Shown: in pieces, positions 7,353 through 16,991 of the stretch | Layout of the letters: each line of letters opens with the position of its first letter | Position numbering within the stretch: the first letter of the stretch is position 1 | Virus record (IMG/VR): IMGVR_UViG_3300034777_000432 | Reading direction: 5' to 3' (one strand) | Length of the DNA stretch: 20,000 bases | From: an uncultured virus (IMG/VR IMGVR_UViG_3300034777_000432) | Taxonomy: Duplodnaviria; Heunggongvirae; Uroviricota; Caudoviricetes | Translations under genes and position numbers: made by a program | Notes under the pieces: model-generated | Seen by the model: only the letters and a program-made list of their open reading frames with translations | Told to the model about the DNA's origin: nothing | Database searches by the model: none

Positions 7353-9923
7353 ATGCTACAGGAATGGATCATCACACTTCATAATAGAGAAGATTTAGAA
7401 TCTTTTTATGATGATATGGAAACAGAAGGCGGTGATTTGTTTATTCCAAACAGAGCGGTCGGGCTTACCCATAGAAGAGAAATAAGTCGTAACACTCATT
7501 ACATGTTAGAACATGCTGAAGCAATGCTCATTAAACAAGACGATAGAGTAAGAGCTGTTGAACTCGTAGAAATGATAGAACTCACAACGCGTCCTGCTGG
7601 TTGGAAAGTAACTGAAAAGTTTTCTAAAGATTGGTTTACAGATGTAGACGACGTAAACTGGGGTTTGCTTAGACATTCCGAAGAAGCAAATAGAAGTAAC
7701 TGGGGCTCTGACGGTAGTAGTCCAAATATAACTGATACGCTAACAGTTACTGCTTCAGGTAAAAATGTTGATGTTGTAATTGTAGATGGTCATATTAATC
7801 CTGCCCACCCAGAATTTGCAGCAATTGGAACTGGGATAGATTATTCAAATGGTGCACTTGTAAATGACTCATCTAATGGAGCAGTATTTGATAGACAAAT
7901 AACAGCTCGTGGTTTAAAGATGGTTGTTGCGGGCGCAGTTGGAGGTCAAACCGCAGTACCTGATATGTGGGCAGAAAAAACTGCCAAAATGGTAACATTG
8001 TTAATTGATCCAACATATCCTCTTATTAATGTAGACCATCAAATCAATTTAATTAAAACATTACAAGGCGCTACAGGAACTATACACGCAGGACTTCCTG
8101 CCGTTCAAAGAATTGCATACGGTGGTGGTTCTGAATATAGTCCAAACTTTTTAACAGACGCAGGCGCTGCACAGTATGCAGGATACGTAGATTTTTTAGA
8201 TGACCACGTACATAACGATATGGTTTGGTATGCTAATATTAGCGGGCCAAGCCCATCGGTTGGTGATAGAGATATTGAAGAACTTGTAGAACATCTTATG
8301 CACACAATACATTTGTTTGGTATTATGGGTGCGGTGCCGGGATCTGCAACAGCTGTGAATTGGTTAGCAACTAATAATGCTAATTGGCAAACAACAGAAT
8401 TGCACCTTGCTATGAAAGAAGCTATTGATGGCGGATTTTTTGATCCGTCTGGTTATGCATCCGATTGGGCAACAGTGGATGAGGCAGCTGAGGTAGCTTA
8501 TAAAGAATATATGTATTTGATGAACTGGTCAATGTGGGATATGAGTACTTTTTGGGATGGCGGATCACTGTCACCGGAATGGTCTGACTCAGTAAAAACT
8601 CCATCTGGAATGTTAACTAATAATCCGAAAGGGTACGCCCTATTTAAATCATATTTTGAACCAGTGTTAAGTAAACCAGACTTTGCTGTTTTAAGAGATA
8701 TTTTTAGGGATAATGATACCGGTCCTTCATATTATACACCAGCAGCAAACGGCGCTTCAAGAATTAATCAATTTAATTGGTTTTCGTTAACAAGTGCTTT
8801 AGGATTTGGTTCAAATGGTACATACACTTATGATAGAAGTGGTTTGTATACAGATGAAACTGACGAAGATGATAATAATCACGGATGCCATTGTGCAGGA
8901 ACAGTAGCAGGTAATTCTCAGGGTTGGGCAAGAGATGCTAACATTTATAACATTAGTCCATATGGTACAAATCCAAATAGTTTATCAAGTACAAGGATAT
9001 GGGACTATATAAGACAATGGCACAATACAAAACCTATTAATCCAGAAACTGGTCGACGTAATCCAACAATTACAAATAATAGTTATGGATCAATTACAAC
9101 ACCTGGTACAAATGGATTTGGATATATATATCAGATTACTTATCGTGGTGCTACATCTAATACTTATGGCGCAGCTTTAAATCAAGCTGAATTGCAAGCA
9201 AGAGGTTGTTACGCTCCAAACGCTGATTTATCAATGACTATTCCTAACTGGTTCGATTCAAGAAATGCAGATATGGAAGACGCAATTGCTGATGGTATTA
9301 TTATTGTATGTTCTGCTGGAAATGCGAGTTGGAAAACAACTGCATCTGGAGATCAAGATTATGATAATGAATATACATTAGATTTTCTTGGAAATTCTTT
9401 TACTAATTTTTTACACCGAGGTTCTGGCTCAGCTGCAGGTTTAGCCGCAAGTATTAATGTTGGAGCTTTATCAAATGATGAGAATGAAGATAAAGCTAAC
9501 TTTAGTAACTGTGGAACTCAAGTAGATGTCTATGCTGCTGGTGAAGGTATTCAAAGTAGCTTACATTCAGGCGGTACGGCTGATCCAAGAAATAGTACGT
9601 ATCAGTTAGGTAAGTATCAAGGAACAAGTATGGCTGGACCACAGGTTGCTGGTGTACTTGCTATTCTTGCAGAATCTTGGCCTAACATGAATCAGGCTCA
9701 GGCGCAAGAATGGATAATAAATAACTCTAATAAAGATTTAATGGCAGACACCGGAACTGATGATCCTATGGATAGAGACAGTTTACAAGGTGCACCCAAT
9801 AGAATGTTGCGTTGGATAAATCAAAGAAGTGTATCGGGAAATAGTTTTCCACAAAAGAATTTTAATGCGAGGCCGGAATCAGGAACAGTTTATCCACGGC
9901 AACGTATTCGCAGAAGAGGTTAA
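7353..9923 (+). CDS. Subtilisin-family (S8) serine protease with prodomain and a large inserted domain
   Basis: Full catalytic set: VDVVIVDG (D145), NHGCHCAGTVAG (H510), CSAGNAS (oxyanion N657), QGTSMAGPQVAG (S759); also ANFSNCG..VDVYAAG. The first ~80 aa resemble a propeptide. Confidence 0.92.
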   Translation: MLQEWIITLHNREDLESFYDDMETEGGDLFIPNRAVGLTHRREISRNTHYMLEHAEAMLIKQDDRVRAVELVEMIELTTRPAGWKVTEKFSKDWFTDVDDVNWGLLRHSEEANRSNWGSDGSSPNITDTLTVTASGKNVDVVIVDGHINPAHPEFAAIGTGIDYSNGALVNDSSNGAVFDRQITARGLKMVVAGAVGGQTAVPDMWAEKTAKMVTLLIDPTYPLINVDHQINLIKTLQGATGTIHAGLPAVQRIAYGGGSEYSPNFLTDAGAAQYAGYVDFLDDHVHNDMVWYANISGPSPSVGDRDIEELVEHLMHTIHLFGIMGAVPGSATAVNWLATNNANWQTTELHLAMKEAIDGGFFDPSGYASDWATVDEAAEVAYKEYMYLMNWSMWDMSTFWDGGSLSPEWSDSVKTPSGMLTNNPKGYALFKSYFEPVLSKPDFAVLRDIFRDNDTGPSYYTPAANGASRINQFNWFSLTSALGFGSNGTYTYDRSGLYTDETDEDDNNHGCHCAGTVAGNSQGWARDANIYNISPYGTNPNSLSSTRIWDYIRQWHNTKPINPETGRRNPTITNNSYGSITTPGTNGFGYIYQITYRGATSNTYGAALNQAELQARGCYAPNADLSMTIPNWFDSRNADMEDAIADGIIIVCSAGNASWKTTASGDQDYDNEYTLDFLGNSFTNFLHRGSGSAAGLAASINVGALSNDENEDKANFSNCGTQVDVYAAGEGIQSSLHSGGTADPRNSTYQLGKYQGTSMAGPQVAGVLAILAESWPNMNQAQAQEWIINNSNKDLMADTGTDDPMDRDSLQGAPNRMLRWINQRSVSGNSFPQKNFNARPESGTVYPRQRIRRRG

Positions 9924-9930
9924 AAGTGTT

Positions 9931-9938
9931 TATAAATA
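9931..9938 (+). promoter_or_regulatory. T4-type late promoter TATAAATA
   Basis: Exact gp55-sigma consensus in the 39-bp gap, 24 bp before the gp8 start. Confidence 0.8.
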
Positions 9939-9962
9939 TTACAAAAGCTAGGGTTAAGTGAA

Positions 9963-11615
9963 ATGCCAGAAATTTTAACTACAACGATGAAGAACGACAT
10001 TACTCGAGATTTCTATCAAGAACTTCTCGATAATGAGTTCTATTTTATGATTTCTTCAACCGTTATCGGCGAGTTGAATCGTATTCCTGCTGTTAACTCA
10101 CTGCACTCGAAGATGGAATTTAAAGAAAGCATTCTTTTCGGCAAGCAAGTATTTAACTCTGATATTAAGTTTATGATTAAATATTATCCTTGGCAAAAAG
10201 ATGCATTATATACTCAGTACGATGATCTTATTGACTTAGAACAGTCAAACTTTTATTCTGTTGTGGGTCCTACAAATAACGATTCAGGCGATTACAGAAT
10301 TTATAAATGCCTTTCAAATAATAATGGTGCTCTTTCTACAGTACCACCAAATTATAATCCAACAACTGAAAATCAGATTTACAGAATGCCAGACGGTTAT
10401 GTTTGGAAGTTTATGTATTATTTAACTGAGCAACAATTTGAAGCTTATAATGCTTCTGGTTTTATTCCTTTAGTTGGTACATTTGAAATTAATCCTGATC
10501 CTGAAGCAGATGCTAATAACGTCATTACAGGTTCAGAAGTTTCTGATATTTTTGTAGAAAACTATATTGATAATGCAGGTTATCCTACATTAGAAAGTGG
10601 TATCGTGGTTGGTCCTCCAGGTAATAATGGTGAAATTGTAATTCAATCTTCTTTCCTAAGCCAGATTTCTAACTACTATGCTGGTATGACAATATATTTA
10701 AATACTCCAAATAACGTTGCGTATACATACGTTGTTGATAGTTCTACCTATGATGAAACAGCTCGAGTAGTAAGATTAAGAGTTGTTGGAGATCCAAAAG
10801 GTGATGGCGTTATTATTAACTCAACACTTAAAATCGTACCAACGGTTGAAATATTAGGTGATGGCGAAGGTGCTGTTGCTATTCCAAGAGTTGTAGAAGG
10901 TACAATTACTAATATCGAATTATTAGAAACAGGCTCAAACTATAATAATATTACAGCTCGTATTGTCGATCCTATTTTTGATTTTGAACCAGATGAAGAT
11001 GATAATCCTGTCGATGTAAGAGCAACATTAAGACCAGTATTATCTCCATTAGGTTATCACGGTTTTAATCTTATTGATGAAATGCATTGCAGACACGTTT
11101 TATTATATGCATACATTACAGAAACAGACAATAATAAAATTGGCAAATCTAATAGTTATTCTGCTGTTGGAATTGTAAAGAATCCAGAATTTACGCCTGA
11201 CCCAGAAACAGCAAACACTGCTTCACCTGAAGTATTTGATAATAGAATAGAAATTATTACCGATGATTATGGAAAGTTTGAAGTAGATACAACTGTTACT
11301 CAGGTCGATATAAATAATAACATCACTTTTAGTGGTCGTATACATGATATACAAGCAAGTTCCAATACAGTCTTTATCTGTAACTATATGGGACCGCAAA
11401 TAAATAGTGCTAATAATGACATATCATTAGACTATGATAAGGACCTGATTAATGCAACAGGACAAAGAATACAGATAAATATACCAGTAGCTAATAATGT
11501 TATTGAATCAAGATATACTCAAAGATCCGGAACAGTATACTTTATGGAAGACTTTTTCCCGTTAAATCGGGCTGAAAGTTCAAGAGAAGAATATAAGTTG
11601 GTCTTAGAATTTTAA
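9963..11615 (+). CDS. gp8: Baseplate wedge subunit gp8 (long, cyanophage-type)
   Basis: YRIYKCLSNNNGALSTVPP...MPDGYVWKFMY and C-terminal YTQRSGTVYFMEDFFPLNRAESSREEYKLVLEF are gp8 signatures. Confidence 0.9.
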   Translation: MPEILTTTMKNDITRDFYQELLDNEFYFMISSTVIGELNRIPAVNSLHSKMEFKESILFGKQVFNSDIKFMIKYYPWQKDALYTQYDDLIDLEQSNFYSVVGPTNNDSGDYRIYKCLSNNNGALSTVPPNYNPTTENQIYRMPDGYVWKFMYYLTEQQFEAYNASGFIPLVGTFEINPDPEADANNVITGSEVSDIFVENYIDNAGYPTLESGIVVGPPGNNGEIVIQSSFLSQISNYYAGMTIYLNTPNNVAYTYVVDSSTYDETARVVRLRVVGDPKGDGVIINSTLKIVPTVEILGDGEGAVAIPRVVEGTITNIELLETGSNYNNITARIVDPIFDFEPDEDDNPVDVRATLRPVLSPLGYHGFNLIDEMHCRHVLLYAYITETDNNKIGKSNSYSAVGIVKNPEFTPDPETANTASPEVFDNRIEIITDDYGKFEVDTTVTQVDINNNITFSGRIHDIQASSNTVFICNYMGPQINSANNDISLDYDKDLINATGQRIQINIPVANNVIESRYTQRSGTVYFMEDFFPLNRAESSREEYKLVLEF

Positions 11616-11630
11616 AGGAAACTCAAATAG

Positions 11631-14600
11631 ATGCCTATTAATACAAATTTAAATATTGCACCATATTTTGATGACTTTGATGTCGAAAAGCAGTTCTATA
11701 AGATTCTGTTTAAGCCAGCATATGCTGTACAAGCAAGAGAGCTGACTCAACTTCAATCAATTCTTCAAAATCAAGTAGAGCAATTCGGAGATAATATCTA
11801 CCAGGAAGGTACTATTATTAAAGGTTGTAACTTTACTAACCTTAACGGTTTAGAATTTGTAAGGTTAACCGATAAAACTGACTTCGATGTTGAATCATAC
11901 GTATCTGGTCCAAGTACAGCAATTATTGACGGCTTAGTAACAGACGTCGATGTTGTATACGAGGTATCAAATGCTGCTGGTCTTAAAGCTAATATCATTG
12001 CTGCTACTCGCGGTTTTGAAACAAGACCACCAGATCTTAATACTTTCTTTATTAACTATTTGAATACAAATGGTGCTGTTCAACGTTTCCAAACTGGTGA
12101 AGCATTAACAATTACGAAATATGTTTATAACGGTTCAGTTTTAGTTAGCGCATTACAAGAAGGCGGATCTGGAGCAGACGCTGCTTTATGGCAAATTAAC
12201 GTAACATTACAAAATGATCCTGTTGGTAAATCATTCGGTATTAGAGCATCGGCCGGTGTTATTTTCCAAAAAGGTCATTTCCTATTTACAAAAGATCAAA
12301 CATTAGTTGTATCAAAATACAACGATCAACCTGATGATTTATCAGTTGGTTATGAAGTTGACGAATTATTAGTAAGTTCATTACAAGATAACACTTTGTA
12401 TGATAATGCAAACGGGTCGCAGAATGAAAATGCACCTGGTGCTGATAGACTTTCAATGGTTCCAAAATTAGTTGTAAAAGATACTGCAGTTGCAGACGTA
12501 GATCCTGTATTCTTTACATTGATTCGTTATCAAAATGGCTCAGCAGTTACTTTACGTGACGTTGCTCAGTTCAATTCTATTGCTGATGAAATGGCAAAAA
12601 GAACATACGAAGAATCAGGTAACTATGTTTTAGAAAACTTTAAAGTTGATATGGACCGAAGAAACAATGAGCTTACTGCTCTTGTTGGTAAAGGCACGGC
12701 TTATATTAAAGGTTTCAGAGTAGAAAACAGTGGTAAATTAGATTTTGCAATTGACGATGTCGCTAATACTGCGATTCAACCTAACCAAGCAACAAGTATA
12801 GATTATGGATCTTATCTTAATGTAGTAGCTATTTCTGGTACAGTGGATACTAACTATGCAATAGTAGATCTTAAAAACTCAGTAAATGGTACGATTGGTA
12901 AGGCATACGTTAAAAACCTTACACCTACTCGAGTATATTTAATGGGCGTTAAAATGCTCTTACCTAATAACTTTGATGAAGTTGTAAAAATTGTTGGATC
13001 TGCCGGTGAGATCACAGTTGCTGCAAATGACAAAGTAAGAGAAATTAATAAGTCACCAGTTGTTTTCGATACAGGTACTCCATACATTAAAGAATTTACC
13101 GACATGGTTATTCCAGTTAGAGCTCAAAAAGCTGTATCTGTAGTTAATGATGAAATTGAAATTACAGCTGCAGTTGGCGAAGACTTTGCAGTAAATCAAG
13201 ATGATATTCTCGTAGTCGATACCACAAATACAGTTATTTCAGTAGTAAGTGTTACCAAAACATTAGCAGATTCAGTAATGACTATTGCATTAGATCCAGG
13301 CGCAGCAGCCGGTGGTGCAGAGGTATACTTCAATAAGAGATTAACGAACGCAATACCACATCCTAAAACATCAGTTAAACCATATATCAAAGTTAACTTT
13401 GCAACTGTTACTTCTAAATACAGTTTAGGTTTCCCTGATGTATACAAAATTATTAGTGTTAGTACTGGACCTGGTGGAACAGATTTTACCGACAGTTTTA
13501 AATTACACACAAATCAAAACGACCATTTCTATGATCGATCATATATGGAATATATCCAAGGTCGTCCACAACCAGCAAATGGTCAACAATTAGTTGTACA
13601 ACTTGCAGTTTACCAGCGTAATACTTCGCAAGGACAACACTTCTTTAACATTAATAGTTATCCTATTGATGACGATACAGCAACATTACCAGATGGATTT
13701 GTAAGATCATCTGATTTAGAAAGCTATAAAGCTACTAATGGTAAATTATATCAATTAAGAAATTGTTTTGATTTTAGACCATATGCTGATAAAGATTCAA
13801 ATGTTGATTATACTGATGTATCTCAAGGAGCAGCTGGAGTTGTAACAGCCGCAGTACAAAGTGTTACACCAACATTTACTGGTACATTCTTAGTACCGGC
13901 ATTGGAATCTGCAATCACATCAGACGTTGAAAGTTATCTATCAAGAGTTGATGCTATTTGTTTCGATTCATATGGTAACTCACAAATTATTAAAGGTGAA
14001 GAAAGCCAGAATCCAATTACACCTAAAGTTGGATCAGATCAATTAATTGTTTCAACAGTGTTTATTCCTGGTTATCCTGCCTTATCACAAAAAGAAGCGT
14101 CAGAGCAAGGTAAGTTCTCGTCAGCTGTACAAGTAAAATCAGTCGGTACTCCAAACTATACAATGCGTGATATTGAAAAGATCGAAAAAAGAATTGAAGG
14201 TCTTGAATATTACATTAGTTTAAATCAATTAGAACAAAGCTCAGAAAATCTATTAATTTTAGATGAAAATGGTTTATCAAGATTTAAGAATGGTTACATT
14301 GTAGATCCAATGAATGATGCAGATATTGCTAATACAGAAGATCCTAACTATAAAGCTGCTATTCATTTTGATAAGAAAATTCTTACTCCTGCATTGAATA
14401 CATTCCCAATAGATCTTAAATATAGTACTGCCGCAGGCGCAACTATATTCCCAGATGTTAATAGTGCTGAAGTTGCTTCATTAAGTAGAAATGCTAATGT
14501 TAAGTTAATTGGTCAGCCTTATGCTACAAACTTTAGAAACTGTGTATCTAACTTCTGGAAATATGATGGTAATGCTCAGATTTCTCCAAGCCACGATATG

Positions 14601-16991
14601 GCTCACGATACTATTCAAAATCCAGTACCATTAGAAATTGATTTAGCGGGTGTATTCCAAGATTTACAAGAAGTATTACCAATCACTGGTACAAGCTGGG
14701 ATGGTCCAATTACCAACGGTCCTTCAACTAGTATTACTTCTGGTAGAACGACAACTACAATTACTCCTAGGACTCAAGCTGGTACAATATCAAGTCTTAC
14801 TGTAAACGATGGTGGATTAGATCAAGTTGGTGACTTTGTTACTAACGTTCAATTCCAACCATTTATGAGATCAAGAAACGTTAAAGTATTCATCTCTGGT
14901 CTACGTCCTAGTACACAACACTACTTCTTCTTTGATGGTGTTGATGTTAATGCACATGTTGCTCCAGGCTCTCCTGCTGCAATGGATGCAAGAAATGTAC
15001 AAAAAGTTGGAGATCGCGGAGCTGCAGTTACAACCGATTCAAACGGTATTTTAAGAGCTGTATTTAGAATTCCACAAGGTCAATTCTATGTAGGTGATAG
15101 AGTACTTACCGCAGTTGATGTGAGTCAATATTCAAGTATTGAATCAGCTTCTACTTCAAAAGGTGAAATTGCTTATCACGCATATAATATTACACAGAAC
15201 AAAGCAACCATCGCAACAAGAATGCCAGAGTTTGGTACAGAAGAAACTGCTACATCAAGAAACTTAGCATCTCGTATGACTCAGGTAACAAGACGAGGCG
15301 ATCCATTAGCTCAAACATTCTTTATTAAACAAGGTATGGGTCGTGGATCTAATTCAATCTTTGTATCTAAAGTTGATTTATTCTTTAAACGTAAATCAAA
15401 TATTAACGGTGTTACTATTACAATACGCGAAGTTATTAATGGTTATCCATCTAATATTATTTTACCATTCTCTAAGACTCATTTATCTCCTTCAGAAGTA
15501 AGTGTATCAGACGACGCTTCGGCAGTTACAGAAGTTCAATTTGATGCTCCGATTAGAATGGATGTTGAAAAAGAATATGCAGTGGTAATTATGCCAGATG
15601 CTAACGATCCAAACTACTTACATTATACTTCTAAAGTTGGTGGTGATGATCTTACTGCCGGTCCTACTCAAGGTCAAGCAGTTGTAATGGACTGGGGTGA
15701 TGGAGTTCTATTCACATCTACAAACAATAGAGCATGGCAATCAGTACAAGACGAAGATATTAAGTTTAACTTATATCGTCACGACTTTAACGCTGCAACA
15801 GGTAGTGTTTCTCTTACTAATGATGATCACGAGTTCTTAACATTATCTGATTGGACTGGAAGATTCAATATTAATGAATATGCTTATAAGCAAATTGATG
15901 TAGGATATTCAGTTTCAATGATACAAGGAACAAATATTATTACTCAATCGGGTAATGACTTTACTGCTGATTATGCAGCAGGCGATTATATTCTTGTAAT
16001 TAATTCAGGTAATACTGCAAGGGATATATTTAGAATTGTAAGTGTTGATTCAGCTACTGAAATGACTACAGATAAACCTTGTTCATTCAATGGCGCAACA
16101 TCTTCTGGTATTCCAATTGTTGCTGGTATCATTTCACATTACAACAAGTATACTGCATCTACACTTCACTTAAAACAAAGTTCTTCGATTATGTCTAAGA
16201 AATTTGTTGCTGGTGATACTCTTACAGGTCTTGATTCAACAACAACTGGTACAATTGGATCGGTTGATAATATTAATTTAAGTTATGTACAACCATTAAT
16301 TCAGAAAACAAACGATTCTGTAACAACAACTTCAATCAGTGGTACGTTTACAGATCCAGCAAACGTTGTTAATTCATATGATATGCCAATGAAGTTTGGT
16401 GATAATAACTTCTTCACTCAAAATGGTGTTGTTATTTATTCTAGGTCAAACAACTTTGTAAATCCAAAACCATTCTTAATTAATGTGGCTATGACTAACT
16501 CATCTAACTCTACTTCGACTCCAATTGTTGATTTAGAATTAGCAACGCTATTAGCATATCAATTTAAAGTAACAGATTCAACTGTTACAACATCTAAATA
16601 TATTTCTAAGACTGTTGAATTAGCTGAAGACTTAGATGCTGAAGATTTAAATCTGTACTTAACAGGTTATAGACCAGCAGGAACTGAAATTAAAGTTTAT
16701 ATTAGACCACAACATGCACAAGATAGCTCTGCAGAAGATACTATTGATTGGATTGAATTAGAAACTATTGAAGGCGCACAAACCTTCTCGTCATCTTCTA
16801 ATTTAGACGACTTTAGAGAATATAGATATGCTGTAGCAGATGCAAACAAAGATACCGGTGTATTAACATATACAAGTGATGCAGGTACATTCCTTGGATA
16901 TAGAAAGTTTGCAATAAGAATTGACTTAATTGCTGACAGCATTCATAATGCACCATTTGTAAAAGACTATAGAGGCATTGCATTGACATGA
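11631..16991 (+). CDS. Large virion structural protein, VrlC-like / DUF4815-type
   Basis: MPINTNLNIAPYFDDFD...FYKILFKPAYAVQARELTQLQSILQNQVEQFG, NENAPGADRL, AKRTYEESGNY, YTMRDI..IEKRI..LEYY.SL..LE, DPLAQTF, FTSTNNRAW...EDIKF and C-terminal KFAIRI...PFVKDYRGIAL. This is the architecture of the giant protein that follows gp8 in marine T4-like phages. Confidence 0.85.
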   Translation: MPINTNLNIAPYFDDFDVEKQFYKILFKPAYAVQARELTQLQSILQNQVEQFGDNIYQEGTIIKGCNFTNLNGLEFVRLTDKTDFDVESYVSGPSTAIIDGLVTDVDVVYEVSNAAGLKANIIAATRGFETRPPDLNTFFINYLNTNGAVQRFQTGEALTITKYVYNGSVLVSALQEGGSGADAALWQINVTLQNDPVGKSFGIRASAGVIFQKGHFLFTKDQTLVVSKYNDQPDDLSVGYEVDELLVSSLQDNTLYDNANGSQNENAPGADRLSMVPKLVVKDTAVADVDPVFFTLIRYQNGSAVTLRDVAQFNSIADEMAKRTYEESGNYVLENFKVDMDRRNNELTALVGKGTAYIKGFRVENSGKLDFAIDDVANTAIQPNQATSIDYGSYLNVVAISGTVDTNYAIVDLKNSVNGTIGKAYVKNLTPTRVYLMGVKMLLPNNFDEVVKIVGSAGEITVAANDKVREINKSPVVFDTGTPYIKEFTDMVIPVRAQKAVSVVNDEIEITAAVGEDFAVNQDDILVVDTTNTVISVVSVTKTLADSVMTIALDPGAAAGGAEVYFNKRLTNAIPHPKTSVKPYIKVNFATVTSKYSLGFPDVYKIISVSTGPGGTDFTDSFKLHTNQNDHFYDRSYMEYIQGRPQPANGQQLVVQLAVYQRNTSQGQHFFNINSYPIDDDTATLPDGFVRSSDLESYKATNGKLYQLRNCFDFRPYADKDSNVDYTDVSQGAAGVVTAAVQSVTPTFTGTFLVPALESAITSDVESYLSRVDAICFDSYGNSQIIKGEESQNPITPKVGSDQLIVSTVFIPGYPALSQKEASEQGKFSSAVQVKSVGTPNYTMRDIEKIEKRIEGLEYYISLNQLEQSSENLLILDENGLSRFKNGYIVDPMNDADIANTEDPNYKAAIHFDKKILTPALNTFPIDLKYSTAAGATIFPDVNSAEVASLSRNANVKLIGQPYATNFRNCVSNFWKYDGNAQISPSHDMAHDTIQNPVPLEIDLAGVFQDLQEVLPITGTSWDGPITNGPSTSITSGRTTTTITPRTQAGTISSLTVNDGGLDQVGDFVTNVQFQPFMRSRNVKVFISGLRPSTQHYFFFDGVDVNAHVAPGSPAAMDARNVQKVGDRGAAVTTDSNGILRAVFRIPQGQFYVGDRVLTAVDVSQYSSIESASTSKGEIAYHAYNITQNKATIATRMPEFGTEETATSRNLASRMTQVTRRGDPLAQTFFIKQGMGRGSNSIFVSKVDLFFKRKSNINGVTITIREVINGYPSNIILPFSKTHLSPSEVSVSDDASAVTEVQFDAPIRMDVEKEYAVVIMPDANDPNYLHYTSKVGGDDLTAGPTQGQAVVMDWGDGVLFTSTNNRAWQSVQDEDIKFNLYRHDFNAATGSVSLTNDDHEFLTLSDWTGRFNINEYAYKQIDVGYSVSMIQGTNIITQSGNDFTADYAAGDYILVINSGNTARDIFRIVSVDSATEMTTDKPCSFNGATSSGIPIVAGIISHYNKYTASTLHLKQSSSIMSKKFVAGDTLTGLDSTTTGTIGSVDNINLSYVQPLIQKTNDSVTTTSISGTFTDPANVVNSYDMPMKFGDNNFFTQNGVVIYSRSNNFVNPKPFLINVAMTNSSNSTSTPIVDLELATLLAYQFKVTDSTVTTSKYISKTVELAEDLDAEDLNLYLTGYRPAGTEIKVYIRPQHAQDSSAEDTIDWIELETIEGAQTFSSSSNLDDFREYRYAVADANKDTGVLTYTSDAGTFLGYRKFAIRIDLIADSIHNAPFVKDYRGIALT

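Noticed and set aside
7818..8748. Insert in the S8 protease as an intein or self-splicing intron
   Set aside because: No Cys/Ser at the insert start, no terminal His-Asn followed by Cys/Ser/Thr, no LAGLIDADG or HNH motifs, and the reading frame is continuous.
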